A stretch of DNA of 62,928 bases, the filler included, from Dirinaria sp. TL-2023a (Eukaryota), in the NCBI GenBank assembly GCA_051941275.1. It is 21 parts of 21 records of this genome, joined end to end, with 100 filler letters (N's around TTAATTAATTAA, not from the genome) between each part and the next. Parts side by side here need not be neighbours in the genome. Positions count along the whole stretch, not along the records: positions 12,084 to 14,995 come from JAVEBF010002162.1; positions 15,096 to 18,006 come from JAVEBF010002163.1; positions 18,107 to 21,016 come from JAVEBF010002164.1; positions 21,117 to 24,023 come from JAVEBF010002165.1; positions 24,124 to 27,029 come from JAVEBF010002166.1; 16 more parts are not named here. One strand, 5' to 3'. The notes under the pieces were generated by a model. It worked only from the letters and a program-made list of their open reading frames with translations, was not told the origin of the DNA and ran no database searches. Within the stretch, counting starts at the first letter, position 1. Every line of letters begins with the position of its first letter. Positions 12,699 to 26,177 of this stretch are shown in pieces. The position numbers and the translations under genes were made by a program.

Positions 12699-14995
12699 AT
12701 GTTCGATACCAAGACAGCCAGTACGGTGCTGGAAAAACAGCATCCTCTAGCGCCACCTAAGGAAGCATCTCCTCCACCTTCATATACGACCAGCCCGCCA
12801 GATATCACTTCCTACGCGGCCAGCCCGCCAGATATCACTGCTGCCTTTGCAAATCTAAATCTTCGCCAAGCAACCGTCAAGCCAAATCGAGACCAATGTA
12901 TTGCCCATCTGAAATTGCTCGAGTCCTTTCATGAGCTACGGGAGAACATTGCCACCCAAGATGGGTTGTTTGGCATCAAAGACGACTTCGTCCCACGCGG
13001 TCTTGATGAACGGGACCATGCCGCTTTTCTCGTCAAGATACGCGAGAAGCGATGGGCCATCTATGTCGCCAAGGCGGCAAAGCGATTTGAATCCTGGTGG
13101 CTTCACAGTGTCGATGTGAGCCACCGCATGTATCGCGTGCAAGACACAACCTCGTTAGTTCGCATGATGGACAACGCTTTGCCTTTAAGCGATATCAAAG
13201 ACAACTTGCCTCCAATTGGTATTGCACTCTTGCTTCACATGTATTCTATCAGCTGACCGCCAGTAGATGTCCTTATGGTCTGGCACACTTTCATGCTAAA
13301 CCCAAGAAGCTTCACAGAAGACTGCATTCGCTACAAAAAGCCGAGTCTCTGGAAAACCGGATTGCCGTGGCAGGCGATTGATGCTTGCATTGACAACGAA
13401 ACCTTCGAGTATTCTGCCAGCACAGGTGCCCGCCAAAGATTCGAATCCCAGACAGGCTATGCCTGGGATAGTCTCTACGACAGCCCTGAGATCATGATTG
13501 CTTGCCCCAGGTGTAACAAATCTGTCTCCTGCCCGTGGACCACATGCGACAACGAGCTGCTCTGGGCTCAGATGCCAGATGAACCAGGCATCGGTTATGC
13601 CGACAAGGGCTTTGAGGCCTGCTGTGGCGGTTGTGGTTTCAGGACTACTCACGAGATCTTGTCTGGGATGAAATTCCGCCGCGATGTTCAACTACTGCGA
13701 TCAAATGACTACTGCATGCCTGGCACTGTCTTCAATCGGGATGGTAAAAGATACAGTCTTTGCACATTTGATACCCCGTAACTGACTCTCCTTCTAGGTC
13801 TCTTCGCCAAGCATCCGTCAGTGACTGCTGATCGCATATACGAACAGTTTCCCAATCGACTAATAATGGGGGGCGGAGCTTGGGTTGAAATATTATCTGT
13901 TACAGACCCAGCAACTCATGGGAGAGAAATAACTCTCAAGACAACAAAACAGAAGAAAGTCTCCATTCAGAGTGTTCGAGACGTCATCGAAGACGCCCTT
14001 AGCAACCGGGATCGCGTCAAGAAGGCTAATAAAACGTTCCGTGCCATGCTGCATAGGGAGGAGAGAGTGGCCATCCGGCGCATGATGGCTCGGTACTGGG
14101 ATAACAATTCAATATTCGCCCTGGACCTCGTCGGCGCCGTCATACGACAGAGCTCTTTCATCGAGAAAATGCACGCCATTGACTGGATCCATTCACCCGC
14201 TCTAAGCTCCACTATGGATCGTTTGCTCATCAAATACAGCCGCTATTTCTACATCCTCGCCAAGTACAAGGATCAAGTCGCGGTCCCCACCCTGGACGTG
14301 GATCTCGCCTGGCACACTCACCAGCTTTCGCCAAAGGCCTACTACGACTACTCGACTGAGACGACCGGCATCTTCATCGACCACGACGACAAGATTGATG
14401 AAGACAAGCTCTCGGACGCCTTCGAATGGACCTCCAAAACCTATCAAAAGCTTTTCAACGAAGTCTATTCGGAATGTACGTGCTGGTACTGTGAGTCAAT
14501 CCGGGAATCGCACACCTCGACCTTATCCCGGCTCACCACGAATAAATCCCTGGAAAACGATTTGGACCGCCTGCACTCGACAGCTCAGTCTTCGGACCCG
14601 CACAAAGGCCCGCATATTTCGGCCCACAACGCCATCAAAGTCACGGGCGACGACAAGCTGAAGCAGCAGAACAAAGCGTACCAGCTAGAACGGAGCTATC
14701 AGAAAGCGTGCAAGCACGCGAGGAAGAAAGGCCGTGTGCCGCCCGAGAGAGATGCCTATATGAGCACTTATGCATACGGGTACCCGGTCATGCTGCCGTA
14801 CTATGCGCCGTATATGGGCGATCCGTGCATCACGAATGGGATGTACGCTGGCAACCCGGGTTGCGCGAATGTAGCACCTGGTGCGGCAGGGAATTGTGCC
14901 CAGGGTTCCTGCGGCGGTATGGTCGCTGCTGGTGGTTGCGCTGGGGGAGGCGCTGGGGGAGCGTGTGTCGGCGGTGCTGCGGGAGGTTGCGGGGG
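12699..14995 (+). CDS. Glycine-rich domain-containing (DUF1399/GRDP-like) protein, 3 exons, 3' truncated
   Basis: Introns at 13219-13266 and 13744-13797 join three ORFs. Motifs include CIAHLKLLESF, PPIDVLMVWHTFMLNP, DLVGAVIRQSSFIEKM, VPTLDVDLAWHTHQL, IDHDD and CTCWYC, with a Gly/Cys-rich tail. Confidence 0.85.
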
Positions 14996-15820
14996 NNNNN
15001 NNNNNNNNNNNNNNNNNNNNNNNNNNNNNNNNNNNNNNNTTAATTAATTAANNNNNNNNNNNNNNNNNNNNNNNNNNNNNNNNNNNNNNNNNNNNCCCGA
15101 CCTGACTTTGCCTAGTATGGTAGGCATCTTCCCCACCTCACCTACAGTCCCTCCAGTCGTAGTACCTTACCCTTCCTAACCTTACCTACCCTTCCTACCT
15201 TACCTTACCTTACCTTACTCAACCTGCTACTGACACTACCTTACTACCTACATTACCTCATTACCGGATTACCTGATTACCTACCTAGTACCTACCCAAC
15301 CCCAACCCAAAACTAACCTGACTGCGCCGCCCTCTCTCCGCCTCTTGGGCAAAAGGTCAGAGGTCCGAGCACCTACGCGACCGTTTTCGCGCGACTACGG
15401 CATCAATCGGTTCCACTCAACTAATCAACTCCCCGCAAAACCACTTCCTCCCTGACTACTCCCTGGCCACAGAGGATCGGAGAATTTTTGTTTCGTGCTT
15501 TAGCCCCGTTTGCTTCAAGTAATTAGCCCTGAGCTTAAGGCCACACCGTCTCTTCCGGTCCGTTGGTCGCTGACGCTTGTCGAGGGCAAGGGAGGCGGTA
15601 CCCACTAGTTATCCCGATCTTCGCTCCATCCTTGAACCCTGAGCTACCGTGTGGACGGCGGAGGAAAGCTAAACATGACGGAAGACTTTATGTTGCCAAA
15701 ACCCCTTCGGGCAGGCAGGCCAAGGTGGAGACGCCGTAAAACCATTATTAAAGGATCGTGATATCTCTCTGTCTTTCTCTACTCGACCCATCAAGACTCC
15801 ACTTGCCATAGAGCCAAGCG

Positions 15821-15872
15821 TGAACCAATCCTGAACCAAGTCCGAACCAAGTCTGAACCAAGTCTGAACCAA
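15821..15872. repeat. 11-bp tandem repeat (CTGAACCAAGT-like, 5 copies) just upstream of the dehydrogenase start
   Basis: The GAACCAA core recurs every 11 nt. Confidence 0.8.
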
Positions 15873-15923
15873 ACACTGCTCGTCCTCAAGGATCAATCCA
15901 TCACATCATACCTTTTGCACAGC

Positions 15924-17400
15924 ATGCCGCTCCTAAACCCTTCCACCGTCTCTCCACCTCCGGAGCTCGCGGACAAGCCTGTCGTCCTCCACCTGGGGGA
16001 CGAGATTGCATACAACCGTAAGCTCTACGATCGCTTGCGTTCCCAATTCCACATTGTCCATCCCTCCCTCTCCGATCTCCAACGTCCGGCCTTCCTGTCC
16101 CATCTTCGGAACAAGACGTGGGGCGACTTCCAAGCCATCATGCGCCCTTTCTGGAACACGGGCGGAGAGATGGGACGCTGGGACAGGGAGCTCATCGACT
16201 TGCTGCCACAGTCGTTGAAGGTCTACGCCAGTGCTGGTGCGGGCTACGACTGGGTTGACGCGGATGTGTTGGCCGAACGAGGTACGTTTGGGTCTCTTTC
16301 AATGTCATCCCGATGCGGAAGACTTGGCATGGTTTCAATACATGGCAAGAGATGGCGGGGAGTTGACATTGGTCGTTGCCAATGGGACATTTTGTCATTT
16401 CGGCACCATGACCCTTTAGGAGTCAATCGATTTGCTATGTTCAATTGGCGCCAATTTGGTCCCCCACTCAGTCTCAATCCTCTCCCAGCATATCAGCAAG
16501 CCCTGCAGCCTTTTCATAAACGCTCCTGACTAATATGATTTCTTAGGAATAATCTACTGCAACTCCCGCGGAGCCTCCACGGAAGCAGTCGCCGACATGG
16601 CTATCTATCATATCATTTCCGTCTTCCGGGCCATGACCATATCCTCCCTGTCGGCTCGCTCTCTGGACCCTGCACAATTTCAAGACGCTCACACCCAGCT
16701 CCCATTCACCTCGCATAACCCCCGTGGGCACATTCTCGGCATCATCGGCCTCGGTGACATCGGGTTTGCTATTGCGAAGAAGGTGACGAGTACGTTCGGA
16801 ATGAAGATACTGTACAACGATGTCATCCGCAAAAGCCCGGAAATGGAACGGGAAGTGGCGGCGACTTTCTACCCACGAGTGGAGGAAATGTTGGCGGTGT
16901 CGGATTGCGTGCTGCTCGCAACCCCCTTCACCGGCAAGAAGCTCATCACTGCTTCCCTGCTGAAACACTTCAAACGCGGCTCAAGGCTGGTGAACATCGC
17001 TCGAGGCAGCTTGGTCGACGAGACCGCGCTGGCAGATGCTCTTGAAAGCGACCATCTCACGGCCGTAGGCATGGATGTTCACGCACATGAGCCGAACGTC
17101 AACGAACGATTGGCCCGCAATTGGAACGTCACGGTGACCAGCCATACCGGTGGCGGCGCACTGGACACAGTCGTCGGGTTCGAAAGACTGGCGATGGAGA
17201 ACGTAGAGAGCGTGCTCACTGGAGGCGAGGCCCTGACGCCCGTCAACGCCCACTTGATCAAGGCCAGCAATGCATACGACGAGGCGAAAGGGACCAGGAC
17301 CAATGGACGTCGGGGAGTGAATGGTGAGCGTCATGTCGAAGGTTCAGCGAATGGACGCCGTGTCGAGCGCAACGGGGGAGATGCGACGAACGGGCACTAA
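15924..17400 (+). CDS. D-isomer-specific 2-hydroxyacid dehydrogenase (D-mandelate dehydrogenase-like), 2 exons
   Basis: Intron at 16282-16546. Motifs: SAGAGYDWVD, NSRGASTEAVADMA, GIIGLGDIG (NAD binding), LVNIARGSLVDE, MDVHAHEP and TSHTGG. Confidence 0.92.
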
Positions 17401-18269
17401 GGTGTGAACACGAGCATTCTCGGCGGCATATCCAAGCGGGACCTTTTTTCCCTTCCTGTTTTCACTTCGATTCTCTCGCTACATCGCTACATCGTTTTTT
17501 TTTTTTTTTTTTTTTTTTTTTTCTCTTTTTTTTGGTATCATGTACATAAGGAGTATCACGAATATACATGGGGGAAGCATGAAGGAGTATACGCAAGTAT
17601 CGGTTTGCCGGAAGTGGGGGAAGTGCTGCTGGATGGTTACGGGTACGAGTACACACTGGGGGGGGATCTCGGACACCTTTTTCTTTCAAATACCCTCCAA
17701 TCATGTTTAGAAGTGAGAAAAGGGGAACGGTGTGTGTGCTAGCTATGGCTACGGTTGCATTATTAACATAGATTTTTATTTACCTTATTTGTAGAGGAGT
17801 GAGCGATGGGAATATATTACGTTCCTCCCTTTTTTTGTTTGAGTTTTTTTTGGAGCTTCGAGACTGGTTCGAGTACCTGTATTTTCAAGAGGGCCATTTA
17901 AAAAGCTCCCCCCCCCCCTCCCAAAAAAAAAAAAAAACAAAAAAGAGAGAGAGAGAGAGAGAGTCGAAATAGAAAATACTTATATTTATATGCGTAAAGT
18001 AGACCTNNNNNNNNNNNNNNNNNNNNNNNNNNNNNNNNNNNNNNNNNNNNTTAATTAATTAANNNNNNNNNNNNNNNNNNNNNNNNNNNNNNNNNNNNNN
18101 NNNNNNGAATTTCAGTTCGGATGTATATGCCCTACTGTACACCTGTACACATTCATGAAGCAGAAAGAATATATATCTAAGCTGCGAAATGCCCTCGTTT
18201 GCCTATACTTACCTTATACATGATAGATACACACTACCTTTCCTGCGCGCAGTTTGATGAAAATCATCA

Positions 18270-19701
18270 TCAAGTTCCCTGCGTAGCGCTTTTGGGCGCA
18301 AACCCGACCGAAGGACCGTCCGGCCCCGCGATGGTGAAAACGAGGAAATTCGCTTCGAAGAACAGCCCGCCGCAGTTGCCGCGGTCGGGGGATTTGACGA
18401 TGCCACCCGCGCAAGCTGATGCTCCCGAGTCAGCGATTTGAAAAAAAGAAAAAAAAGAGCAAAAGAGCGAATAAATGAGGGATTGGCGGATAGTCACTCA
18501 CAGCTCTCATCGCCCTGCACGGTCCCTCCCTTGATCATCCCGCCCGGGATCACGGCCGGGTTACTCGTTCCCCCCGGGGCCACATTGCCGAAATGCATCT
18601 CCAAATCCGGCATGGACGCGTCGCAGGGCACGCTCCACGCAGACCCGTCCTGCGCCGCCGAGGTATCTTTACTTCCTGGGATGCTGGCGTAGTACGTCGC
18701 TGCGATGTCCCCCTGCAGATTGAGTCCGCCGCCGCCGCTGTCCACCATGCAGCTGGTGCCTGCGCTCGCTGGGGTGGGAGTGCCGGCGATGCTGTAGGAG
18801 ATGTTTTCCAGCAGCCAGGAGGCGGCCGAAGCGGTGTTGGCGGGCACGGTGGTCAGGGACCCGGTGTATTGCGTGGGATCAACGTTGCCGAATTCGAAGA
18901 AGCCGGTCCCTGTGCTGAAGAGGTTTGCGCTGAAGACTTTGTTGTCGAGGTTTGCGGCCACGGTGGTGATGAATGGGGGTGTGGACCCTGATGGGACTGG
19001 GATATTTTGTCAGCGCTTTCATTCTGTGTGCTACGGCGCTTTTTTTTTTTTTTTTTTTTTTTTTGGATGATTTTTTCATCGCCTCTTGTTTTCCAAAAGA
19101 GAATCGGGGCCTTTTAAAGATGAAAGAGAAATTCTCTAGTACCTTGTCCGTCCAAAGGCAATGGTGGCATCCCCATAATCCCACTGTTATCCGGCTCAAA
19201 CCCTGTCTGGCCCTTGAACCATGTCGGAATCTTCACCGGTGCTCCCGGCAGCATGAAGCTCCCCAGCCCGACATCATCATTACATATGTATCCCCCATCT
19301 CCCAGACTGCCATCACCGTACAGTACCTGCCATGTCGTAATACCCTCGGTCGCATTTTTGAATGTCGAGCTTTTCGCAGGATCATAGAAGGGCAGGTTGG
19401 GGATCACAGTCTGAGACGTCGTAGTGGGACCATAGACCCAGAAGTCGCCCGAGCCGGTATCAATGCCGACTTTTACTGGCTGTGGTGGCGTGCCGACGGT
19501 GATTGCGGTAAGCCAGTTGTAAGCGTAGCCGTTAGTGGGCGTGGTGTCAGTCTTTCCACCTCGTTTTTGGAGGCGTGGAGAGCGCGTGACATGCGCTTTG
19601 AATGATTTTGGAGCTTTCTCAGGGCGGGAGAGAGGAGAGGCTGTTACTGCTACCAGAAAATAGCTGAGCAATAGGAGGGTAGGAGATCGGAAGAAAGCCA
19701 T
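18270..19701 (-). CDS. Secreted pepsin-family (A1) aspartic protease, 3 exons
   Basis: Signal peptide MAFFRSPTLLLLSYFLVAVTASP, then ITVGTPPQ, IDTGSGDFWV, YDPAKSST, YGDG, SGIMG, a second catalytic motif MVDSGGG and a C-terminal VGFAPK. Introns at 19142-18997 and 18501 to about 18416. Confidence 0.88.
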
Positions 19702-20770
19702 CTTGGAAATCGCGAGTGTAGCGATCCGCAGCACGGACGAGAAGGTAGTAAAAGAGGCATGCTGGAGATTATATGGTATGAAAGCATACGTTCAACGATT
19801 ACCAATTTACCCAACTGCGTCCTCTTACTACTAAAAGTGGAAAAGGCCAACGGGCATGGAAATGAATAACAGAGAGAAGAGTTACCTAGATCCTTCGCGT
19901 GGATCCCAGTATGGACTTGTCTTAGTATATTCAGCATTATCCAGGTCAATCTTCAAGCTATTGGTAGATCTGCGATATCCTTTGGCCGTGCCACAGGAGC
20001 ACTCAGCCCACTTTAATGGCCATGTAAGACAGCCAGACATGAGCTTGGCTTACATAAGGTAGTACTCTGGTACTAGCAAAAGTATTATACGTGGGATCAT
20101 GTCTGAGTACATGATGAAGTTCCTCGAGGGGATATCATATCCAAAATCGAAATTGTTCACCATAGTGGTGGTGATGCTGTTCATGAACAAAGCAAACGAC
20201 AAGGTTGGGGTTTGTTAGTTTGCTCGCTGTTTCAGCCCTTTTGGGAGATACAGGGGTCGCAGGCAGTAACTAGTGGTTTGTGTTTGGGTTGAAACGGGCG
20301 CCAGCCTTGCGTCGATCTTCAGGGGCGACGGGATGGATCGATTCCACCGCATTCAAATTACCGAAAACGGTGTATAAAATCTTAGGGTTTGTTAGGGTTG
20401 TATATATTCAATTCCCCTAAGCGAATTAGGTAGAGCTGTGCGTTCTTCAAGATATTCTTGATTAGCATGTGCTCCGCTGTGAGTCGTTGAAATCCGTCCA
20501 TGAGCAATAGATCATGCCACAGCTATACTTGCTTCCTCAATTATGCAGCATGCAGCGGACTTTTTTCCTCTGTAATAGCAATAGTAATATCTTACTTTCA
20601 TAGTCATCACCCCACTTTCCCATAACCCCATAATACTAGCACATTCTACTCCGTATGATTGACCTCGTCTTACTACTCATCCCCTAAACTTCCGCCGAAG
20701 AGACATCCCGATAGTGAATTCAACCTCCATCCAGTGCAATCACCTTCTCATCCGCACCAGATCTCTAACA

Positions 20771-21016
20771 ATGGCCCGTCCAACACCCGTCTCAACCACC
20801 TCAACGTCAGCTCCAAAGCCCCCCATCACCGCCCATCCCACCGCGCTCATCTCCAGTGGAGCTGCAATGATCGGGAGCCACCCTATCACCATCCACGAAA
20901 AGGCGGTGGTTCAACTCCGTTCCCGGATCAACTCCACCTATGGTCCTGTGACCATCGGCGAAGGAGCGATCATCTGGGAGAGGGCTAGTGTGGGGTCGCT
21001 GGGAGAGGGTGGGGAT
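20771..21016 (+). CDS. DCTN6: Dynactin p27 subunit (left-handed beta-helix), 5' part only
   Basis: KPPITAHPTALIS...GSHPITIHEKAVVQLRSRINSTYGPVTIGEGAIIWERASVG shows the hexapeptide-repeat pattern. Confidence 0.7.
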
Positions 21017-22392
21017 NNNNNNNNNNNNNNNNNNNNNNNNNNNNNNNNNNNNNNNNNNNNTTAATTAATTAANNNNNNNNNNNNNNNNNNNNNNNNNNNN
21101 NNNNNNNNNNNNNNNNGGGAGGAACATGGTCTGATCTACCGTTTGTGGTTACCGGAGCCACCTTGGCTGTGGCGACAACAGCAACATGGATGATCAGCTT
21201 TAGAGCCTTAAGACAGCTTCAACCAGAGGCAACCTTGGCAGAGGAAGCGGAGCCAGAAAATGAGAAAGGCATCCATCTCCGAGCGGATACTCCACACTCG
21301 AGCCAAGCGAAACACGCAGCAATGACATGCTGACGTCTACTGCTCACCTTACTTGCAAACACTTTTCTTCTCCTGCGATCCGCCTATTGCCAGTCCACAT
21401 GATAGTTTATTCATTAATAATTCCAAGAAGGAATGGCAGCTTCTTGTACATAGTGCTTGGATAATTTATATATGACTCGGCAGTAAGTGTAAATGATACG
21501 GCGCTACTGTGTCTCTGTACGAGAACTGATAGTGCAGGATAATGAGTCGAGGTGAATCCAATTGCCTTCAAGATATCAAGTCCATTTTTAGACTTGTTCC
21601 GAACATCATGCAATTAATATTGATACGAGTACAGGGTTGTCGCAGTCTTATCACGGCTTCGACTTCTCGGGCTTCCAATGCTTGTCGCATTTGGGCATTG
21701 GATTCAAATGATAGAAGTAATATGCTTGAAAAGGGCCGAAGGGGCGATCGGGTTATCAGGCCTAGATGGGAAGCTGGATCAATAATAGGTTCCCTCTTCC
21801 TAGGAGTAAAAGTGTTCTAGCCCGCGGGTTTTTGGGGGGGAAGAGAGGGGCGGATTCAGGGTGCCAGAAGGGGACTGCAGACTGCAATCGGCTTGCCACT
21901 AGCCAAAAGGAAACCCCGCCTCGCCCCATTAGATAATCGCGAGCCATCAACAGTAAGTAATAATAATCCAATCGCCGCACTTACTGCACTAGTTGGAAGG
22001 GCGGTATTCAGTACAAGCTACCGACTAAGAAGAGAGGTACTGCTACCGTCACACTCTTTATGTACATGCACCACGTTCGTATTACCAAGCCTCCAGCCAG
22101 TGTCACAACTTCACCTTACAGTCCCTCATCCACTGATTTCTAGTCCGATACGTGCTTGAAAGAAGCTCTTATCACTGATGGTGGCTCATCACCAATTATA
22201 GCTATGACGCCTCTGATGCATTGATCTGCATTCCAAGGGTAGTCCCCAAAGACCTCATTCAACAACTCATCCGTGAATAAACCTTCGTTTTTGACCACGT
22301 GGAATCGAGTCTTGAGGGCTCAGCTGATGTTTGAGGGCCACCTGCAATCATAATTATTGCTGTTGCCAGAGAGCTCACCCTGGTATGACAGG

Positions 22393-24009
22393 ATGACGCA
22401 GCTCTTTGGATCCTCCAGTAATGCTTCCGCTGTCCCCTCCGAGAAACGGAATTTCTCTGGCCTCTCGATATCATCCAACAAACAAGCCAATGGCACCGGT
22501 CACTTCCCAAAGCTCAGGAATTTCTTCCGAATCAGCAGTCTTTCCAGTAGTACAAGTCTCAACAGCGATGGGACCTCCGTGTCCAAATCAGAAAGCAAAA
22601 ACCGCCAATCTCGATTCCTCGGTCTTTCAAGGAACCGATCAGCAACAGTGGCGAGTGAAGGAAACCCCTTGGACGAGCACATGTCACCGACTGCCTTTGC
22701 AAACCCATACTTCGCCCACCAAGGACCGCCTACACTAAGACATCACAATGATAGCAGCGTACCACCTTCACCGCCAGACACACCGAAGACCAAGGTGGAA
22801 GCTGTGAGTGGAGCAAATGACCAAGCTACGACAGCAGGCAGAGAGGAGCTGGCGAGGAAGCTGCGAAGAGTAGCATCTGCACCAAACGCCCAGGGACTAT
22901 TCCAGACACCGAAAACGAACGACCGTCCTTCGACAGCAGAAATGGGCAAAGAGCCACTAGTGCAGGACCCGGATGAAACAAGCTTGGCAATGGTTGATCA
23001 TAATAAAGGACATTTATTGCCAGTGCCTGCACTCGGCGGAGTGCCTTCACCCGGTCAAATACGGCAGTCAATAGCGTTCAGGAGGACATACAGTTCAAAC
23101 TCGATAAAGGTTAGGAATGTGGAGGTTGGACCTGGCAGCTTTGACAAGATCAAATTGATTGGAAAGGGAGACGTTGGGAAGGTATACCTGGTCCGGGAAA
23201 AGAAGTCAAGTCGATTGTACGCTATGAAAGGTATGGCGGCGGCGGCCTTGATGTTAGGTGTCGGCCACTAACATCAAACCAGTATTGAGCAAGAAAGAGA
23301 TGATCAAGAGGAACAAAATCAAGCGAGCATTAGCAGAGCAAGAGATCCTAGCCACCAGCAACCATCCCTTTATTGTCACCTTGTACCACTCATTCCAGTC
23401 CGAGGATCACCTATATCTTTGCATGGAATATTGCAGCGGTGGAGAGTTCTTCAGGGGTAAGCATTAATTGAAGCCTCGTGAACTAGAGCTGACCAAAGAA
23501 GCACTTCAAACACGGCCTGGCAAATGTATACCAGAAGACGACGCGCGGTTCTACGCAGGCGAAGTGACTGCGGCGCTCGAATACCTCCATCTCATGGGCT
23601 TCATCTATCGAGATTTGAAGCCAGAGAACATCCTCCTACATCAATCTGGCCACATCATGCTTTCAGATTTCGACCTCTCAAAACAATCTGACCCCGGGGG
23701 CGCTCCAACAATGATCGTTGGCCGCAACGGCGCCACTCCCACATCCCTCCCCACCATTGACACGAAATCCTGTATCGCCAATTTCCGCACCAACTCGTTT
23801 GTTGGCACAGAGGAATATATCGCGCCTGAAGTTATTAAAGGCTGCGGCCACACCAGCGCCGTAGATTGGTGGACGCTTGGCATACTAGTCTACGAGATGC
23901 TGTACGGGACGACACCCTTCAAGGGCAAAAACCGTAATGCGACGTTCGCCAACATCCTAAGAGACGACGTCCCCTTTCCAGAACACTCTGGAGCACCTCA
24001 GATATCAAA
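22393..24009 (+). CDS. nrc-2: AGC Ser/Thr kinase NRC-2/Kin82/Fpk1 family; 5' end uncertain, 3' truncated
   Basis: Motifs: [47 protein letters not shown] (DFD variant) and [14 protein letters not shown]. Introns at 23231-23282 and 23457-23501, with the next donor at 24010. Confidence 0.93.
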
Positions 24010-24180
24010 GTATGTCTCCTATCNNNNNNNNNNNNNNNNNNNNNNNNNNNNNNNNNNNNNNNNNNNNTTAATTAATTAANNNNNNNNNNNNNNNNNNNNN
24101 NNNNNNNNNNNNNNNNNNNNNNNGTCTCGCCCACAACTCACCGCCTGTTCGGGAAATTCGAGACGTCGACAAATCACATC

Positions 24181-26177
24181 ATGGCTCGCCTGGCTGCCGA
24201 CTACAATAACTCTCCCTCGTCACATGTTCCCTCAAACTCCTCAACACAGGCACATTTCGACGACGACACCGACAGTGTCCTGGACGACGACATCCTCGAG
24301 TCCTCCGCCATGCCTCCAACTCCAACACACGGCCACCGCCGCTTATCATTCCCCCACCATGCGGGTCCCATCTATTCTCCCCGAACGGGAAGGATTGTTG
24401 CTTTTCCTTTTGACGCGACTACAGCAGATCCAACGCAGTTTTTTCTCGAGCAAGACCCTCAGCAATACCCACACCCTCATCCACAACCACAATCACAACC
24501 ACAACCTCAACCTCAACCCCAGCCAGATGCTCAACATGGCCAGCCTTTTGCGCCTGCGGGCTGGCATTCGCAGACCACCCCCGGATCGCTTACTCCAACT
24601 CCCGCTTACGACGGATATCCAACTTACGATGCAAAGGACCACACGCTGACGTATACCCATGACCCTGTCAGACCAATGGAATCGCAGATGTATGGCGGAC
24701 TTCCAGTCGAACCGGGCGCTCTCTTCCAGCCAAACAACGCCTTGTCCCCCTCGCCTCAGTCAGCCCAGGACTGGATGTCCAACTCGTCCAACGACCACCT
24801 TGACCTTCATTCTGTTCCGAAGCATTTGGCCCTAGCGAGTCCCGGGTTCAACCCTAATCCTCCGCTACTGAGGCGAGATGGAATTCGCAAGAAGAACGCG
24901 CGGTTCGAGATCCCCGCTGAAAGGACGCTGCGGACCATTGACCAGCTCATCAATCAAACAACTGATGAGCAGGAAATCAAAGAGCTGAAGCAGCAGAAGC
25001 GACTGCTGCGGAACCGACAAGCGGCGTGAGTTTACCTTCTCTTTCCTTCCGTCTGGTCTGTTCTCACTGACACTTTTGCAGTCTCGATTCAAGGCAGCGC
25101 AAGAAACAGCACACTGAAAGGCTCGAAGAGGAGAAAAAGCAGACTAGCACCCTGATCACGGATTTGGAAGAGGCGTTGGCCGAGATGAGAATGCGCGAGG
25201 AGCAGTGGGAGCAGCAACGAGAAAGCTGGCAATCAGCTCAGCAGCAATATAAGCAGTACATTGACGATTTGATCACGGAAAAGGAAGAAATGATCCGATG
25301 CCATACACTTGAGACCGCGGAACTGCGGAAAAAGAATGCACACTTGACAGAACAGGCTCAGAAGCTCGAAAGCATTTCGATGTCGGCAGTCCCCAGCTCA
25401 ACCGGCTTTTCGGCCGATTTCTCCGACTTTGACCACCCGACCATGCAGAGCAGTCCTTGGGACAACTTTTCGATGGTCCACGACTTCTCCATAGAGGCTG
25501 AAAACAAGCAAGAAACTTCGCTTGTTGTGTTGCCTAACAAGGCGAAGGCTGCCAGTAAGGACGACGACAAGACTGCCACCTCCGGTCTACTCCTCATGTT
25601 ACTGCTTTGCGGCGCTTGGGTTGCTTCAAGTGGCTCGACAACCTCAGCTCCATCTATACCGACAATGCCAGACGACGTTCGCGTTGCATCTGCCGCTGTT
25701 CTTGAAAATATCTACAAAGATGCCGGTCTCCAGCCAGCTGAACTTCCGCATCCCAAGGAATCTAAGGTAGATGCCAAGAAAATCCCGTCTCAAGATGGGT
25801 CTAAGACAGCACTCGGTGCTTTCGATTTCGCCAGTCTTTCGACTTCCCCTGTGGCATCGCTCCACGACCAGCTCATTACACCGAGCATGCGGCAACAACG
25901 TGAACAGGACTTCTCCCTCTCTGCCGACCAATACAACTGCCTTACCTCAGATGAGACCCTTGATGAACCCGCTGCTCCCGCTGCCAGCGGCAGGCGGAAC
26001 CTCGGCGAAGCTTTGGCTGCGATGCGTAGGGGCAAGCAAGGCTCCGCTGCCGAAGTCTACACTCGCTCATTAATGTGGGACGAAGTTCCTACGAATGTGG
26101 TACGAGATTTCGCTCGAATGGTCGCGCAATGTAATGCCGGCAATGCCAGACTGGACAGCAGAGAGCCCTTTACTTAA
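24181..26177 (+). CDS. bZIP transcription factor with C-terminal transmembrane segment (LziP-like), 2 exons
   Basis: The intron at 25026-25081 splices the basic region KRLLRNRQAALDSRQRKKQHTERLE. A long coiled coil follows, then the hydrophobic segment SGLLLMLLLCGAWVAS. Confidence 0.88.

Noticed and set aside
15160..15320. CCTTA/TACCT-rich tract (also 29560-29640, 51160-51200, 51545-51570) as telomere-like repeat
   Set aside because: Irregular low-complexity intergenic sequence, not TTAGGG arrays.
20381..20400. Two TTAGGG hexamers
   Set aside because: Only two non-tandem copies; compatible with chance.
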